Shown: positions 43,530-55,783 of the stretch, piece by piece
Position numbering within the stretch: position 1 is the stretch's first letter
Layout: each line of letters opens with the position of its first letter
Origin: Lama glama
Taxonomy: Eukaryota
DNA length: 64,000 nucleotides
Assembly (NCBI GenBank): GCA_028534125.1
Contig: CM052816.1
Span: forward strand, 61,630,001-61,694,000
Reading direction: 5' to 3'
Program-made: the position numbers and the translations under genes
The notes under the pieces: generated by a model
The model's database searches: none
Told to the model about the DNA's origin: nothing
What the model saw: the letters and a program-made list of their open reading frames with translations, nothing else

Positions 43530-44800
43530 TCTTAGTGCTTCAGTTTCCCACTAGTAACATGGGTGTGAAAACAGCACCAGTGAAGTTTCCATGAAGTTTA
43601 GGTAGATGATGACATGCAAGGACTTAGAACACCGTCTGACAGTTAACATTAATGTTGCTTTCTCTTTTTATTCTTCTCTGTATTATTATCAATCTTGTTT
43701 TGTTTTGTCTTGTCTTTGGCCCCCTGGGGACTTCTCAGACACAAATGAATGAATTGTCTATCTTTGCATTGTCTGCCTCCCCTAATTGTAAAAGTTTTCA
43801 GGACTTTGGTATAGGCTCTTAGGAAAGACCGCTAGATATTACCACAGTCTTCAAATAACAGCAGAAGCTACTTGCTACTGGAAAGAGGTGTTAAAATAAG
43901 CAAGAGACATATGTCCCAGGCTTTACTATACATACATGTGCTTTTAAAATGTGAAGGGGGTAAGAAAGTGGCACAAGTGCATTTTCAATAAATGTTCCCA
44001 ATGTAGAAAAATTAGCCTCAAAATACTAAAACTGAATTCCCTATACATCCTGTGCATTTCTGCCCATATCCCTAAAGTCTGAGGTACTCTTCTATTCTCT
44101 TGTACTTTACCTCATTTGTTTTTCATAATAATACTTCTTATGTATTCTCAAGACTGTTTTTGTCAATGCTAAGAGCTAAAGTGTGGATGGGAAGGCTTAG
44201 GATTTAGTTCCAGCTCTAACACTTGCTATCTGTTTAAACTTAGATTAAGTTGCTTAAGCTTTCCTCATCGGTAACAAGACTAAAAGCTTGTATCAAAATA
44301 ATGTATTGAAAGCGTTCTGTGAACTATCAAGCTCTAATGGAATATAAGGTAGTAGTGTTGTTATTATAATCAATAATAATATTAAGCATTAAGAAAGTGA
44401 CAGAAATCCTTTAAGGCTGTGTCTTCTAACATTGGTGGACAGTGGAAGAGATTTAGTGTGAATTTAAGAGACCAGACACAAGTGGAGCAAACTCAAAAGA
44501 CTCAAATCAGGGCTTTATTCATTCTACGGAATGCATGATTGCAAAATAAGATTGCACGTCTTGACTTCTTGAACCATAAAATGACAGTGGTTGTGAGGAT
44601 TAAATGAGATAATATATGCAAAGTACAAAGTGTAGTGCCCAACAGCCAGGAAACGCTCAGGAGTTAGCATGAGGTCTGCCATTTAATCACTGCATGACTT
44701 TCTACCAGTCACTTTACTCTCAGGTTGTTTCTTCATTTTAAAAACAGAATAATAATTGTCATCTCACAGAACTTTTGTGAGGCCTGTGTGAACTACAGCC
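43530..44800 (+). mobile_element. Cluster of MIR fragments (about 43530-43650, 44170-44350, 44570-44660, 44690-44800)
   Basis: MIR core motifs cttcagtttccc..., gctttcctcatcggtaa, ggttgtgaggattaaatgagataatatatgcaaagt. Confidence 0.6.
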
Positions 44801-45455
44801 CACAGCACAACACTCAGTGTCTACACTGTTTCTTGGATGGCCGCTGCTGCCATCATCCTTATTAGCAGCAGCAGCAGAGAAAACTGGAGGGCTTCAGCCA
44901 GCCACCATGTTAAACAGGTGCCTCTGGAACAGAGCACTCCAATTAACTTGAAAAAGAGGTCAATCATTGACTTCATGATATAGGGAGAAGCGTCTTTCCC
45001 TCGGTATGAAGAACAGACTGGTCCAACTGAAGAACAGTCAGACCCTAGCTTGCTTCAAAAAACAACTTCTCATCTAGTAACATAAGTATTCTTTTCAGAA
45101 GACTGTACCTAGCAAGTAATAAACCAAGAATCCCATGTACCAAAAATTAGCAGAATCTTTTCATCGCTGAATATGGCCAAGGATAAGGAGAAATTGAGGA
45201 ATAAACCTACCCACAATCAAAGAAAATATGCTGCCAAGAAAAGCAAACTTTGGATTTAGCTCTTAAAGACTTCAGAGAAAAAGTAAAAGTTCTTCTGCTT
45301 AAGAACTTAAGGAATCTTCATATCTGAACGACTTTGCCTAGAATTTAGTGTGTGTGTATGTTTTATATCCAAACACATATTTACTTGAAGAAAGACTTTC
45401 CTCAAATTTTCCTCTTTAGACTGTTGTTATTCATTAGTATTTCTTTTATTTACAG

Positions 45456-45632
45456 TGCACTCCCAAATGTGGCCCAGGATTCAAGCATCGGATTGTTCTG
45501 TGCAAGAGCAGTGACCTTTCTAAAACATTCCCAGCAGCACAGTGTTCGGAGGAGAGCAAACCCCCAGTCCGCATCCGCTGTAGCTTGGGCCGCTGCCCTC
45601 CCCCTCGCTGGGTGACAGGAGACTGGGGCCAG
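45456..45632 (+). CDS. ADAMTS6: ADAMTS6 coding exon H (TSP1 repeat 4), 177 nt, phase 0 to 0
   Basis: ttatttacag|TGC ACT; encodes [59 protein letters not shown]; donor CAG|gtaagg. Confidence 0.96.
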
Positions 45633-48091
45633 GTAAGGCAGCTGGACGGTGGGCTCCTGCTGAAGCAGCACCTTGAGACACTTGAGGTTCCTAATTGGGT
45701 CGTTGCAGGGGCTCAGGAGATGAGTAACAACGCACAGAAATCCAGGTGTGAGATGTGAGTGTGAGGCAGTGTACAGGCAGCCCCAGTCACACACAGACAC
45801 ATAGCCATGTTTCTCCCACACCTACACACTTCCCACTGTCACCTTCTCCTTGGATCCTAACATTTTAACTTAAAATTAAAAGAGAAATAGTTTAGATGCC
45901 CAGAGATTTGAACAAGCTACCAAAACTTTGAATTCTAGTGCCAACTCTCTCCACTAATTTAAGAACAAATCAGTTAATACTGTTGTCTTAATTTTCCCAC
46001 TTGCAAAATAACTCCTCTTAACCTCATAGAAAATATGTGAGGTTTTAATTAGCTTGATAATGACTGACAATCTTTGAAATATTATTAGTATTTATTCTTT
46101 AGTGGATTTATCTGATGGAGACTATGAATAGGGAAACAGTATATAGGGCTTTTGGTATGTATTTTTGTATTGATTGTAATCATTTCTATTTTATGTTCCA
46201 ATTCCTATTTTTTCTTTCTTCTTTCTCATTTTTAAATTGTGTTATCTTTCTGAAGGTCACCTTAAATTCCTTTAAAAGAAAACTGATGTATTTGGATAGA
46301 AGGAAAATTAAGTATTGTTCTTTTGAATGTCAAAAATAAAATCTATTAGGTTATATTAAAAAATAATGCTCCAGAAAGTAAATTTCTAGGCAATCAATAC
46401 CCTTTCCCTGTGGTTTTATAATTAAACTTGTAGATGGCCATTTTTAAATATGAGACCCAAATAAATCATAGTGGCATATAACTACACCAGCATGATTTTG
46501 TTTGTGCTCTGAGCCTGCCATTACTTATTAAAAATGGCATTTCATAGAACTAGTTACCAAAACTATGGCCAAAATTCAGTATTGCTAGAGTTAGCAGTAT
46601 CCACAGAGCTTTTAGGGGAGCAGGCAAAGATTTTGAGTCTCCACGAAGGCAAAGAAATATACTTGCTCTGTGCTCAGCCCTGTGAGGGAAACAAAAGAAG
46701 TGTGATCATAAAACAATGAATATTTGCATTTGTATAACAAATAGGTAATAATTTGCTTTTGTTTAACAGTATTTAGTTTAATTTACAAAGTACTTAAGTG
46801 GAATATATATACATCATAAGCTTAAATAAACACTGAATGTAATTACCTCCCTGTAGAAGTGTGACCATTTCATAATTTATAATTATTATGCTATTAAGGA
46901 ATCAGTACAGACATGCTCTCATAATTTTTATTTAAACCAGATAGGAATTTCCTTTTTTATATATTCTTTGTTGCAATGCACTCTTATATAAAGATCATTT
47001 AAAAGTTTTTGCATATTCATAATTTCACCAAATTTACAGTTATGAATTTGAGATTGTTCCTAATGTTGTCAAGTCCTTTTCTTCTCATCTATATTTTCAA
47101 TTCAGTTTTCTAAAATTGAAATTAATCAGTGCAAATACATTTTCAAAGATGCTTTAATACATCTTTAAGGTGCACTTATTTGTCACTCTGTACTTAGAAA
47201 CTTAAAAATAAAAGTGTCTGTGAATATCCTTGCAAGTCCTAAGTGCTTTGAAAGTTGTTGCAAATAAATTCAACAGAGCCTCAGTCTGTTTACCTTGTAA
47301 ACATCACCATCACCTGTCTTCCCACCATTAGCTCCTCATCCCTTTAATCCCAAATCTCACAGGCTTTCTGGTATTCTGGGCACCGGGCCCAAAGAATAGA
47401 TGCAACTTCATTCTTCAGCCTGGACAGCGGATCAGTCCCAGCTGAAACTAAGCCCCTCACACAGTAACTTCAGTTCTAAAGTATCTGAATCTACACATAG
47501 ATGAAAAAGGAGAGGGAGACATGCTAACTGGCTGACACCAGACCTCTTTTCAGATTTGTGTGACTTTCACTGCTTTACAAAACTCAAGATACTTACTGAA
47601 ACTCTTTTTTTTTTCTCTTAACTGGCCCCATCACCAGGCCCCACAGCAGTCACTGCTGTTATACTGAACTAGGATTTTCTTCATTTTCAGAGCACTCCAG
47701 TAGACCTTCAGATGGTTTTCCCACAAACCTGTGATAAATAGGGAGCAATAGTGGAGTCCCAGCCCTAGAATCTCTGATTATTTCTACTTTGTCATAAAGA
47801 TTTCCTCATTATACTCCTGTTAAAGTTCACCAGCACTGCTTGGAACTGTTGGAATAATAGCCCAGGAAGTCTCCATCTGTTGTCTTCTGGAAATTCTACT
47901 GCTTCCATTTTCTAGAGCAATAACATGATCCTTGAATTTAGTAGAATGACCTAATCATATACCTCTCCAAAATGAGCTACATACAGGCTTTAAAAACTAA
48001 CATATATGTTATTTGAAATGACATAGTATCTTTTTTACCTCCTGAAAATTGTTGAGATCAGTATTTTGTTTCTCCCTGTCTTTCGGTGTAG

Positions 48092-48388
<297 letters not shown>

Positions 48389-48404
48389 TAATCAGGAAAC
48401 TAAA

Positions 48405-48540
48405 GTGTTTTTCCTGACTCTTCCACTGACTATATGACCTTGTTAAGTCACTTAAGCTTTCCAGAGCTAAGTTTACTTATCTCTGTAATGAGAGATTGCA
48501 GTGGATAATCTCAAAGCTTCCATCCAACCTAACATTCTAT
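48405..48540 (+). mobile_element. MIR/MIR3 fragment
   Basis: tatatgaccttgttaagtcacttaagctttccagagctaagtttacttatctctgtaatgag. Confidence 0.6.
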
Positions 48541-49779
48541 GTTTAACTTGTGCTAGAAATATAGAGATGATTTCTAATGAACCAAGCTTAAAAGTAAAAA
48601 CTTGTTTCTTTTTGGCTGTAACAATGGATCTCTACCATTGTGAAGATTAAAATTCATGCTTGTTATACATATAATGAAAGCATATGTTTGAAACTACTTA
48701 TGTTTCAAATGTTAATTTTCTCATTGTAGAAAAGTAGAGAAATATGATTATACAGTTGTTCATATAGGCGGACAAAGGTCTTCAGACTTTGAAATTTTTC
48801 TCTTTTATATATGAGGAAATCCTTTTATTAGCAGATGCATGCCCAAACCCTGAATTTTCTTATATCTTATTTAAACAGACGTACTTTGTTTATTCAGTTA
48901 AGCATTCATTTGAAATTTCCTGAATGCCACTATATACAAGGCACTGTGTAACAGAACCTACGGGGAGTGTAGAGACAAATATGGCATAGCCAGGAAGTTC
49001 AGACTGCTTTCTCATTTGACAATAGAGCCATGATCAAATACACGAACATCTGAAGTCACAAATTTTTATTATGTAAGAAACCCAGCCATAAGGCTCTGCT
49101 TCAAAAAACAACAACAAAACCAAAAATGAAAAGCTATGCTGAATATAATTTGTTAGTATTTTTCAAATGAAAGTGATATGCTCACAAATCTATTAAAAAA
49201 GACTGTTCCTTTTGACCAGATTTATCCAGTTTGAGGAATTTTTTTAAATCCTGTTTTTTAATGTTTAAAATCCTATTTTTAAATTTTATTTTAGGAAGAG
49301 CAATCATCTTCTATGACAGGAGGCAGACCACTTGCATCTTTGCATCTTTCCAAGTGGTCTGGTTTTGATATCTGAGCCTCAACACAGTATACTTACTGTG
49401 AAATTTACTCTTTCAAAGAAGTATAGCCTTACCCTACTTTAATTCAAAATCACAATTTTAATTTGCGAAATCTCTGGCTCTAGTGCCAGTTTGGTAAGGG
49501 ACATTCTAAAAATCTAGCTTTCCTTCTCTTGAGAAGGGCTCAAAATCTATGACAAACAGAAGTATTTTTCATAGCAAAACTATTTCCTGTAAATAATCTA
49601 AATTTTAAAATCTCTTTTCTATAAGACTTGCAGCAAACAATTTTCACCTATTGTAAATTATTGGCAATCAGTCACATGGGTTTGGGAGTCTGTTTTTCAG
49701 GGTTGAAAGAGTAAAAGTTCAAGGGGAAGAGAGGATACAACTATCACATTAAACTAAGTTGAGTATTATGGTGGGCCCT

Positions 49780-49990
49780 TTACAGTCATTATCCATTTTA
49801 CATACCTTATGTACATAAATATCTGTGTGTGTTGTATAATCATGATCACAACTTTGTGAGAGTTGGTATAAGCAATGCGGAGACCGAGGCACAGGGTAGT
49901 CACTTGCCCGTGTGACGAGCCTAGGGAGTCATGGAGTCAGGATTTGAACCTAGATTTGGAAGAGCCCTAGGGCATGTTATTTTCAACTAC
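49780..49990 (-). mobile_element. MIR fragment
   Basis: gagaccgaggcacagggtagtcacttgccc...ggagtcaggatttgaacctag. Confidence 0.6.
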
Positions 49991-51599
49991 ATTTATACGC
50001 TATTCGTAATTCACTCTTTAAAATCGGGTATTTTAACATGAAAACAGAGCTTCTGATTATGAAATACAGAAACTTCTGGCATGACTGTCAGCCTGAGTCA
50101 AAAGATTAACCATTGCTGAAAGAATTGGCTTTTTGACATGCCCGCAATAATGTCTGTTGAAGTTATGTTTGTAACTTCATTTTAAGCCATTTTAATAATT
50201 TCTCCAAAAGCTTCTCTATAGTGGGTAATTGTCATACATAAGCTTTGCAGCTTAAGATGTAATGCTGTTTTTAGAGTGGGCAGAATATCATTTGCCCCTG
50301 CACTTATTTCTGCCTTAAAGAAATTTCTTAAAATGGATAGGTATTAATCTGATGTTTCTTGTATTATTTGGAGAAATACCTCATACCCATTTCTGTCTGG
50401 CCAAATCACCTTTTATTAATAATAATCTGAAGTAAGCAGTTAGAATAATATTTTTAGCCTTCTCAGTAAAGGAGGAAATTTTTAGGAAATTATTAATCCT
50501 GCAAGGTATGACTAATCTTAGAATTGTTATTCTCTAAAGCTGTTGACTCATTTAAAGCAGGATCACTTTCTTTTACAAAATTAGAATTGAAGTACAAACA
50601 GCATATATGTTGTAACTTGTTTTGTGCTCTCTTTATCTTCCTAATAGCATATATTGAATATATTTAAATATCTAAAACTCTGTTCATTTCATCAGAAGCT
50701 AATTATTTAATGTTTGCTATGGCCAGCTTCTGCCACTTATTATAAAAAATCCAAATATATTACAAGTTCATAATCTTACAGGGAAGATACTTCTGTTTTA
50801 AAAAAGCACAGTGGGATGTATTAAGTTCAGCAGTTTATGAAGTGCTAAGAGTGTTCAAATAAAGGACTAATGACAACCTTTTGGATTAAGGCAAGCTTCA
50901 TAGACTAAGTGGTCTGTGAGCCAGCCGTAGTGCGTAGTTGGAAAAACCCAGCGTGTACCCTGAGAAAGAGGATGAAACAATTGATTTGAATCATAACTTG
51001 TCATCCATAGGAATATGAAATGGGCAGATAACATGAATTTCAAAAGAGAAGGGGCTCTTGCATGAAAGTAATGTGAGAGTGACCTGAGAGGGCTTCTGGA
51101 AGTCAGATTTCATAAGAAGTGCCTCTTAGGAAAGGAAAGTTTGGAGGAAAGTTGGGAAAGGAGCAGGTTCTGGTTAATGCAGGAGGTAGAAGAGTACCCC
51201 TCTTTTTCCAACAGAATCAGGTTCCCTTGACTCTTAGAGAGGAGGCTGCTGAGAATCTAGTTCATCTCTACCCCAAACAAGACAGGGTAGGACTAAGGGA
51301 AATTTCTTGGGATCTAAAGTACAGTCTTTCAGTGGGGTCTCTGTGGCTAACATAGGCCACCGATAGAACCTTAAGCATTGTTTCAACTACCATAATTTAG
51401 GAGATGATTCCTCTCCTAACATCTTGTTATGAAAATAATAAAAAGTTTCAAACATATAGCAGAGTTGAAAGAATTTTACAGTGAACACTCACCTCCTGTA
51501 TTCTAGCGTTAACGTGTTACTGAACTTGCTTTATCACATAGATATCTATCTGCCCTTCCCCCAAGGTGATGATGTTCAAATTATATGCTCTAGTCATCC

Positions 51600-52400
51600 A
51601 ACCATTAATTCATTTAATTAGTCAACATACCTACTATGTGCCAGCCATTGAGACTATGAAAGGTCCCTGTCCTCAAAGGAAGTGCAGTTTAGTAGTGGTG
51701 GTAACTTGCAAACAAACGATTTTCACAATGTGGACAGGACTGTAACAGGGGTAGAAAGAAGCTACCATGAATACACAGAGGAAGGGGTAATTAGCAGCAG
51801 CATCATGCAGGAGGAAGGCTTGAGCAGGGCACAGGAAGGCTGGCCACAAAGACGTTAAGATGCTGGGCATTCCTGGCAGAGGACGACTATGTGCAGTCAC
51901 AGGGCTGTGGAGTCAAACATGATTCAGTATGGTCACAGTGGGTGGCAGATGAGCAGGCAGTGGAGATGAGGCTATAAAGAGAGAGACAGGGACTTGGTTT
52001 TGGAGGGTCCTATATGCAGTGGAAGGAAGTTAGGATTTTATCTATGAGTTCTAGGGAACAAGTGAAGGAAATTGGGGAGTGACATACTTAGGCTGGCAGG
52101 TGTATAAAGGGGCAGCTTTGTGTGGGAGGAGAGTTAAAAAGTTGTTATAAAAGTCCAGGCTAGAGATGATGAAGACTAGAACTCAGGCAGATATAGTAAG
52201 GATCATGAACTGGGGGAAAAGACTAACACAGAAAGGAGAGTGAAAAGATCCTGATGAACAATTAGACAGGGATGAGAATACGATATGCCAAAAAAAAAAA
52301 AAAAAGAGAGAGAGAATACGATATGCCAGTGTCCACTATGACTCCCAAGTTTCAGATTTAGGTCACTGGACACTATTGATCATGGTAAGAAATTTAAGCT
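51600..52400 (-). mobile_element. L2 fragment
   Basis: attcatttaattagtcaacatacctactatgtgccag...ggtccctgtcctcaaagga followed by a purine-rich body. Confidence 0.65.
52291..52311 (+). mobile_element. Poly(A)-only insertion flanked by a 17-bp duplication
   Basis: GAGAATACGATATGCCA (52274-52290) - A15 GAGAGA - GAGAATACGATATGCCA (52312-52328). Confidence 0.75.
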
Positions 52401-55400
52401 TCTATATGGAAATTAAGCACATTAGTCCCCAAAAGCTGTACAAATATAATGGAGTTTAAATAAGATTTTTAAAAATAAACACTGGAGAGAGGTTGAAGAA
52501 ATGGAGGGAAGTTAAGGCAACAAAGGATAATAAGAAAGAAAATCAGAAGTGGAACATCAAGAAATCAAAAGTAAGTAGTGAGAGGGAAATCGGTGGAGGA
52601 GGAAGAAAGGCGATACAATTTGCCATGTTCAACATCTGCTTTAGTTTTTTATTCCTGAAAACCTTCAGCTAAGGACTAAGGCGATATAGGCTTGATCTTG
52701 ACAGACTGCCACTGCCACTGATGAGGGTAATACTACATCTGCTAAGAGTGAATTATAGACATACTGAGTATCACTGCATTTGAAATACTACTCAGAGTAA
52801 TTTTTTTAAAAAATACATCTGGCAGTTAGGACTAGCCTACTCAAGCTCACCTGAAATTCTATCCCAAATGCCATTTTATTCTTTTTTATGCAGTTTCAAG
52901 TTCCCTTGTAGTTTATATGGTAAGTCTTTTCAGCCTCTCAAGAGCACAAGGCACTCTGTCATCTAGCATTTATTGCTGCCAGGTAATGATTCATGGTATG
53001 GAAAGGTGAGCAGGAAAGATGTGGTTAGTGTACATTGGTTTACCAGCCCTGGCTGTCTAACAGTGGCTTTGGTGGGTCTCAGTCTGCCTCAAGTAAGGAC
53101 TCTGAGCAGCTCCAGAAGTCTCTTAAGATCCCTGGAACAAAACAGCTACTGAATTTGGGTTTTAAAGTCAACATCTAATATATTAAAATCAGTGAAAGAC
53201 ATGGATAGTGAAGGTCATTTGAACTTTGATTTTAAGGAGATAAGGAAGACCAGTCATTTTTGTGGCCATTTTAAAGAACTCATAATCTACCTTAGCATTC
53301 AAGTTCACATTGCTGGCTGGTTTGAAAAGAACCCTGGATTTGTGTTGGGCTCATAGCACCTCAAAGTTGACTATGGTACCCAAAGAATAAGACTGGATAA
53401 GAAGAAACTGAGAAAGCAAAGAAAGAAAGGAATGGTTTAGTCCATTCTAAGATGCAATTAGAATAAAGTTCCACAGTTGATATCACCTTGCTTCAAGGAT
53501 AAAAAATTTGATGTACTATTCCCACTGCAATGAATAATACTGAGTTCCCAAGCAAAGCCAGTCTGAATATATAAACTGTCAAGATCTCAAGTACAATTTC
53601 ATCAGGAAAAGTATGCTGAGTTCACATCCCCCAGCCACAGCTCCCTCCTGCACCACACATGCACATGCACATGCACAGCCTTTACCATCTCACTTCTCAC
53701 CAGGCTCTGCATCTCCAAGGGCAGTTTGACAGAGATACAGCTGTTTGCACTTTTGTAATCCAAAAGATAGACCCTTAGGTGAGAGTCATAACTCTCTGCT
53801 TACTGGTTCTTCCTCTGAATCTCATAAAGAGTTTACAGGCACAGGGAACATGCATTCTCCAGTGAAAGATGCTGACTGGTCCAACCTGGTCATGGAAGGA
53901 TACATCCCTGTGTATCCCAGCTCCTCCAATGATACAATTTAGGCAGGCTTGGCAACATTTTATGAAAATAAATACAAGAGCGCTGCATTTCAGGAGTTGC
54001 TCTTATACTCCATGGATTAAGTCAAGACATCAGAGTCACAATGAATCTGAATCCAATTGCTTCCTAAATTCATAAGCCTCTGTTCAGCTATTTTTGAAAG
54101 CATGCCTCTTAGGTGAGAGTTCTGAAAGATTAATGTAAAGCACCTGGGGAAAAAACCCATTGGCATATCAGTAATAAGTAGATTCATGTGTTGCCTTTGA
54201 AACTGTTTGCCTAATTTTGTCATTCAACTCTACCAAAACCCAGATTACCAATGAGACCCACTTCAGCATATGTGGCAAGTTACTTAAGATTCTAATCATG
54301 GGTCTAGTTCACATCGTAGGGCCTAAGGGCTGGCTTCCAGCCCTTGATATATTCCCAAATATCTCTGAGAAGAATTTAGGTATATTCCATAAATTGTCAT
54401 TGCCACCAGAAATCTCTGGCCTTGGGTAAAGTGAAACTATTTTCGGTCAGGTGGATGATAAAAAATGTAAAAAAAGAGAAACTAGTTAGGTCCACAGAAT
54501 ATGTCCTAGAAACCATACAATAAGGACCTCCACCCTTCCAATAGCCTCAGAAGAAAAAAGCTATAATGTCTTGTCATTCCCCTCCCTAAGAGTATTTAGC
54601 TGGTACATGATGATAGTCGAGGAGAAAATCAGGCTCCTTCATCTGAAAATCTTTGACCCTGCTGGATCAGATTCCACTACTCAAAAAGCAGTAGATGTAA
54701 GTGTAGCTACATGAAAAAAATATCATAGTAAAGACCAAACCTTCAAGACAGTTCAATTTCAGAGTGATTGTATTACAGAAAGATTCAACCTAAAGAATTC
54801 CTTTTAGTAACTCTCCTAGGATAATTGTTTATTTGCAGATTATGTATTACTTGGATAGAGAAAAACCAATCGTTAGGTATTTTAGATATCAGCTAGAAAT
54901 CTGTACTAACTCAAGATCATTCAGAAATTAAACCAGAACATGGTTATTGTTTTGGTTTCAATGGGAAGATGTGACCTATTTTATGCACAACTTTTCCAGA
55001 ATGGTTTTATCACAAATGTAAGCTGTATTATGTATTGGCTGAAGGATGGGAATGAAAAGACTGTTTAATATTTTCAATGGGCTTTGAGGATGAGGCAGAC
55101 AGACTAGTGAATAACAAGTTTTATAATTAAGACCTCTTAACGATTTACATCCACAAAATGTCAGTGAGTCAATCCAAGGGCTAATCAAGTAAAACCTCTC
55201 TAGCTAAGCTCAAAAAGTGACACGTAGGCTGAATGCATCAATATAATTTAAACCTTGTGCTAATATTTTTAAGATTACATTCAGCTTTCTGTAATGATGG
55301 GGCTTTAAAACTTCTTGGTGTGTTAAAATTACCTTTCACTCATGTAATTTTACAAAATTTGGGAAGAAAGGGGTAGCTGAAGAAATGTAATCAGGCTGTT

Positions 55401-55589
55401 CTGAATGCCTGCAACCTAGAAACCACCTTTAAAAATATATATATTTTCACCTTCTCTAAGGTGCAGAGCAAATCTCCCAATATTGATGTCCCCACAGGTT
55501 GGCTTATCACTAATATCAGCCAAAAACGCAGAAGCATTGACAGGCAGAAACCTTTTTGCATTAAGATGCCAAGAATACTCCCAAAACCG

Positions 55590-55780
55590 AGTGGTTTTGG
55601 AGTCAGACAAACCTGATCTGTGGTTCCAGTTCTCAGACCAGCTAGCTGTGTGACCCAAAATGAGTTTTGTAACCTTTTTGAGCTTCAATTTTGCCATCTA
55701 TGTAAGGCTGACAGGATTAAATTTAGAAAGGTTAAACATAAATAAATACGTAAAACTGCCTAAGGCAATGCCTGGCATAT
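55590..55780 (+). mobile_element. MIR, adjoining the L1 insertion
   Basis: ttttggagtcagacaaacctg...tagctgtgtgacc...gagcttcaattttgccatctatgtaa...tgcctggcatat. Confidence 0.7.
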
Positions 55781-55783
55781 ATA

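Noticed and set aside
45450..45821. 123-aa antisense ORF over exon H (and similar antisense ORFs over other exons)
   Set aside because: Open antisense frames are expected opposite GC-richer coding exons, and there is no recognisable domain
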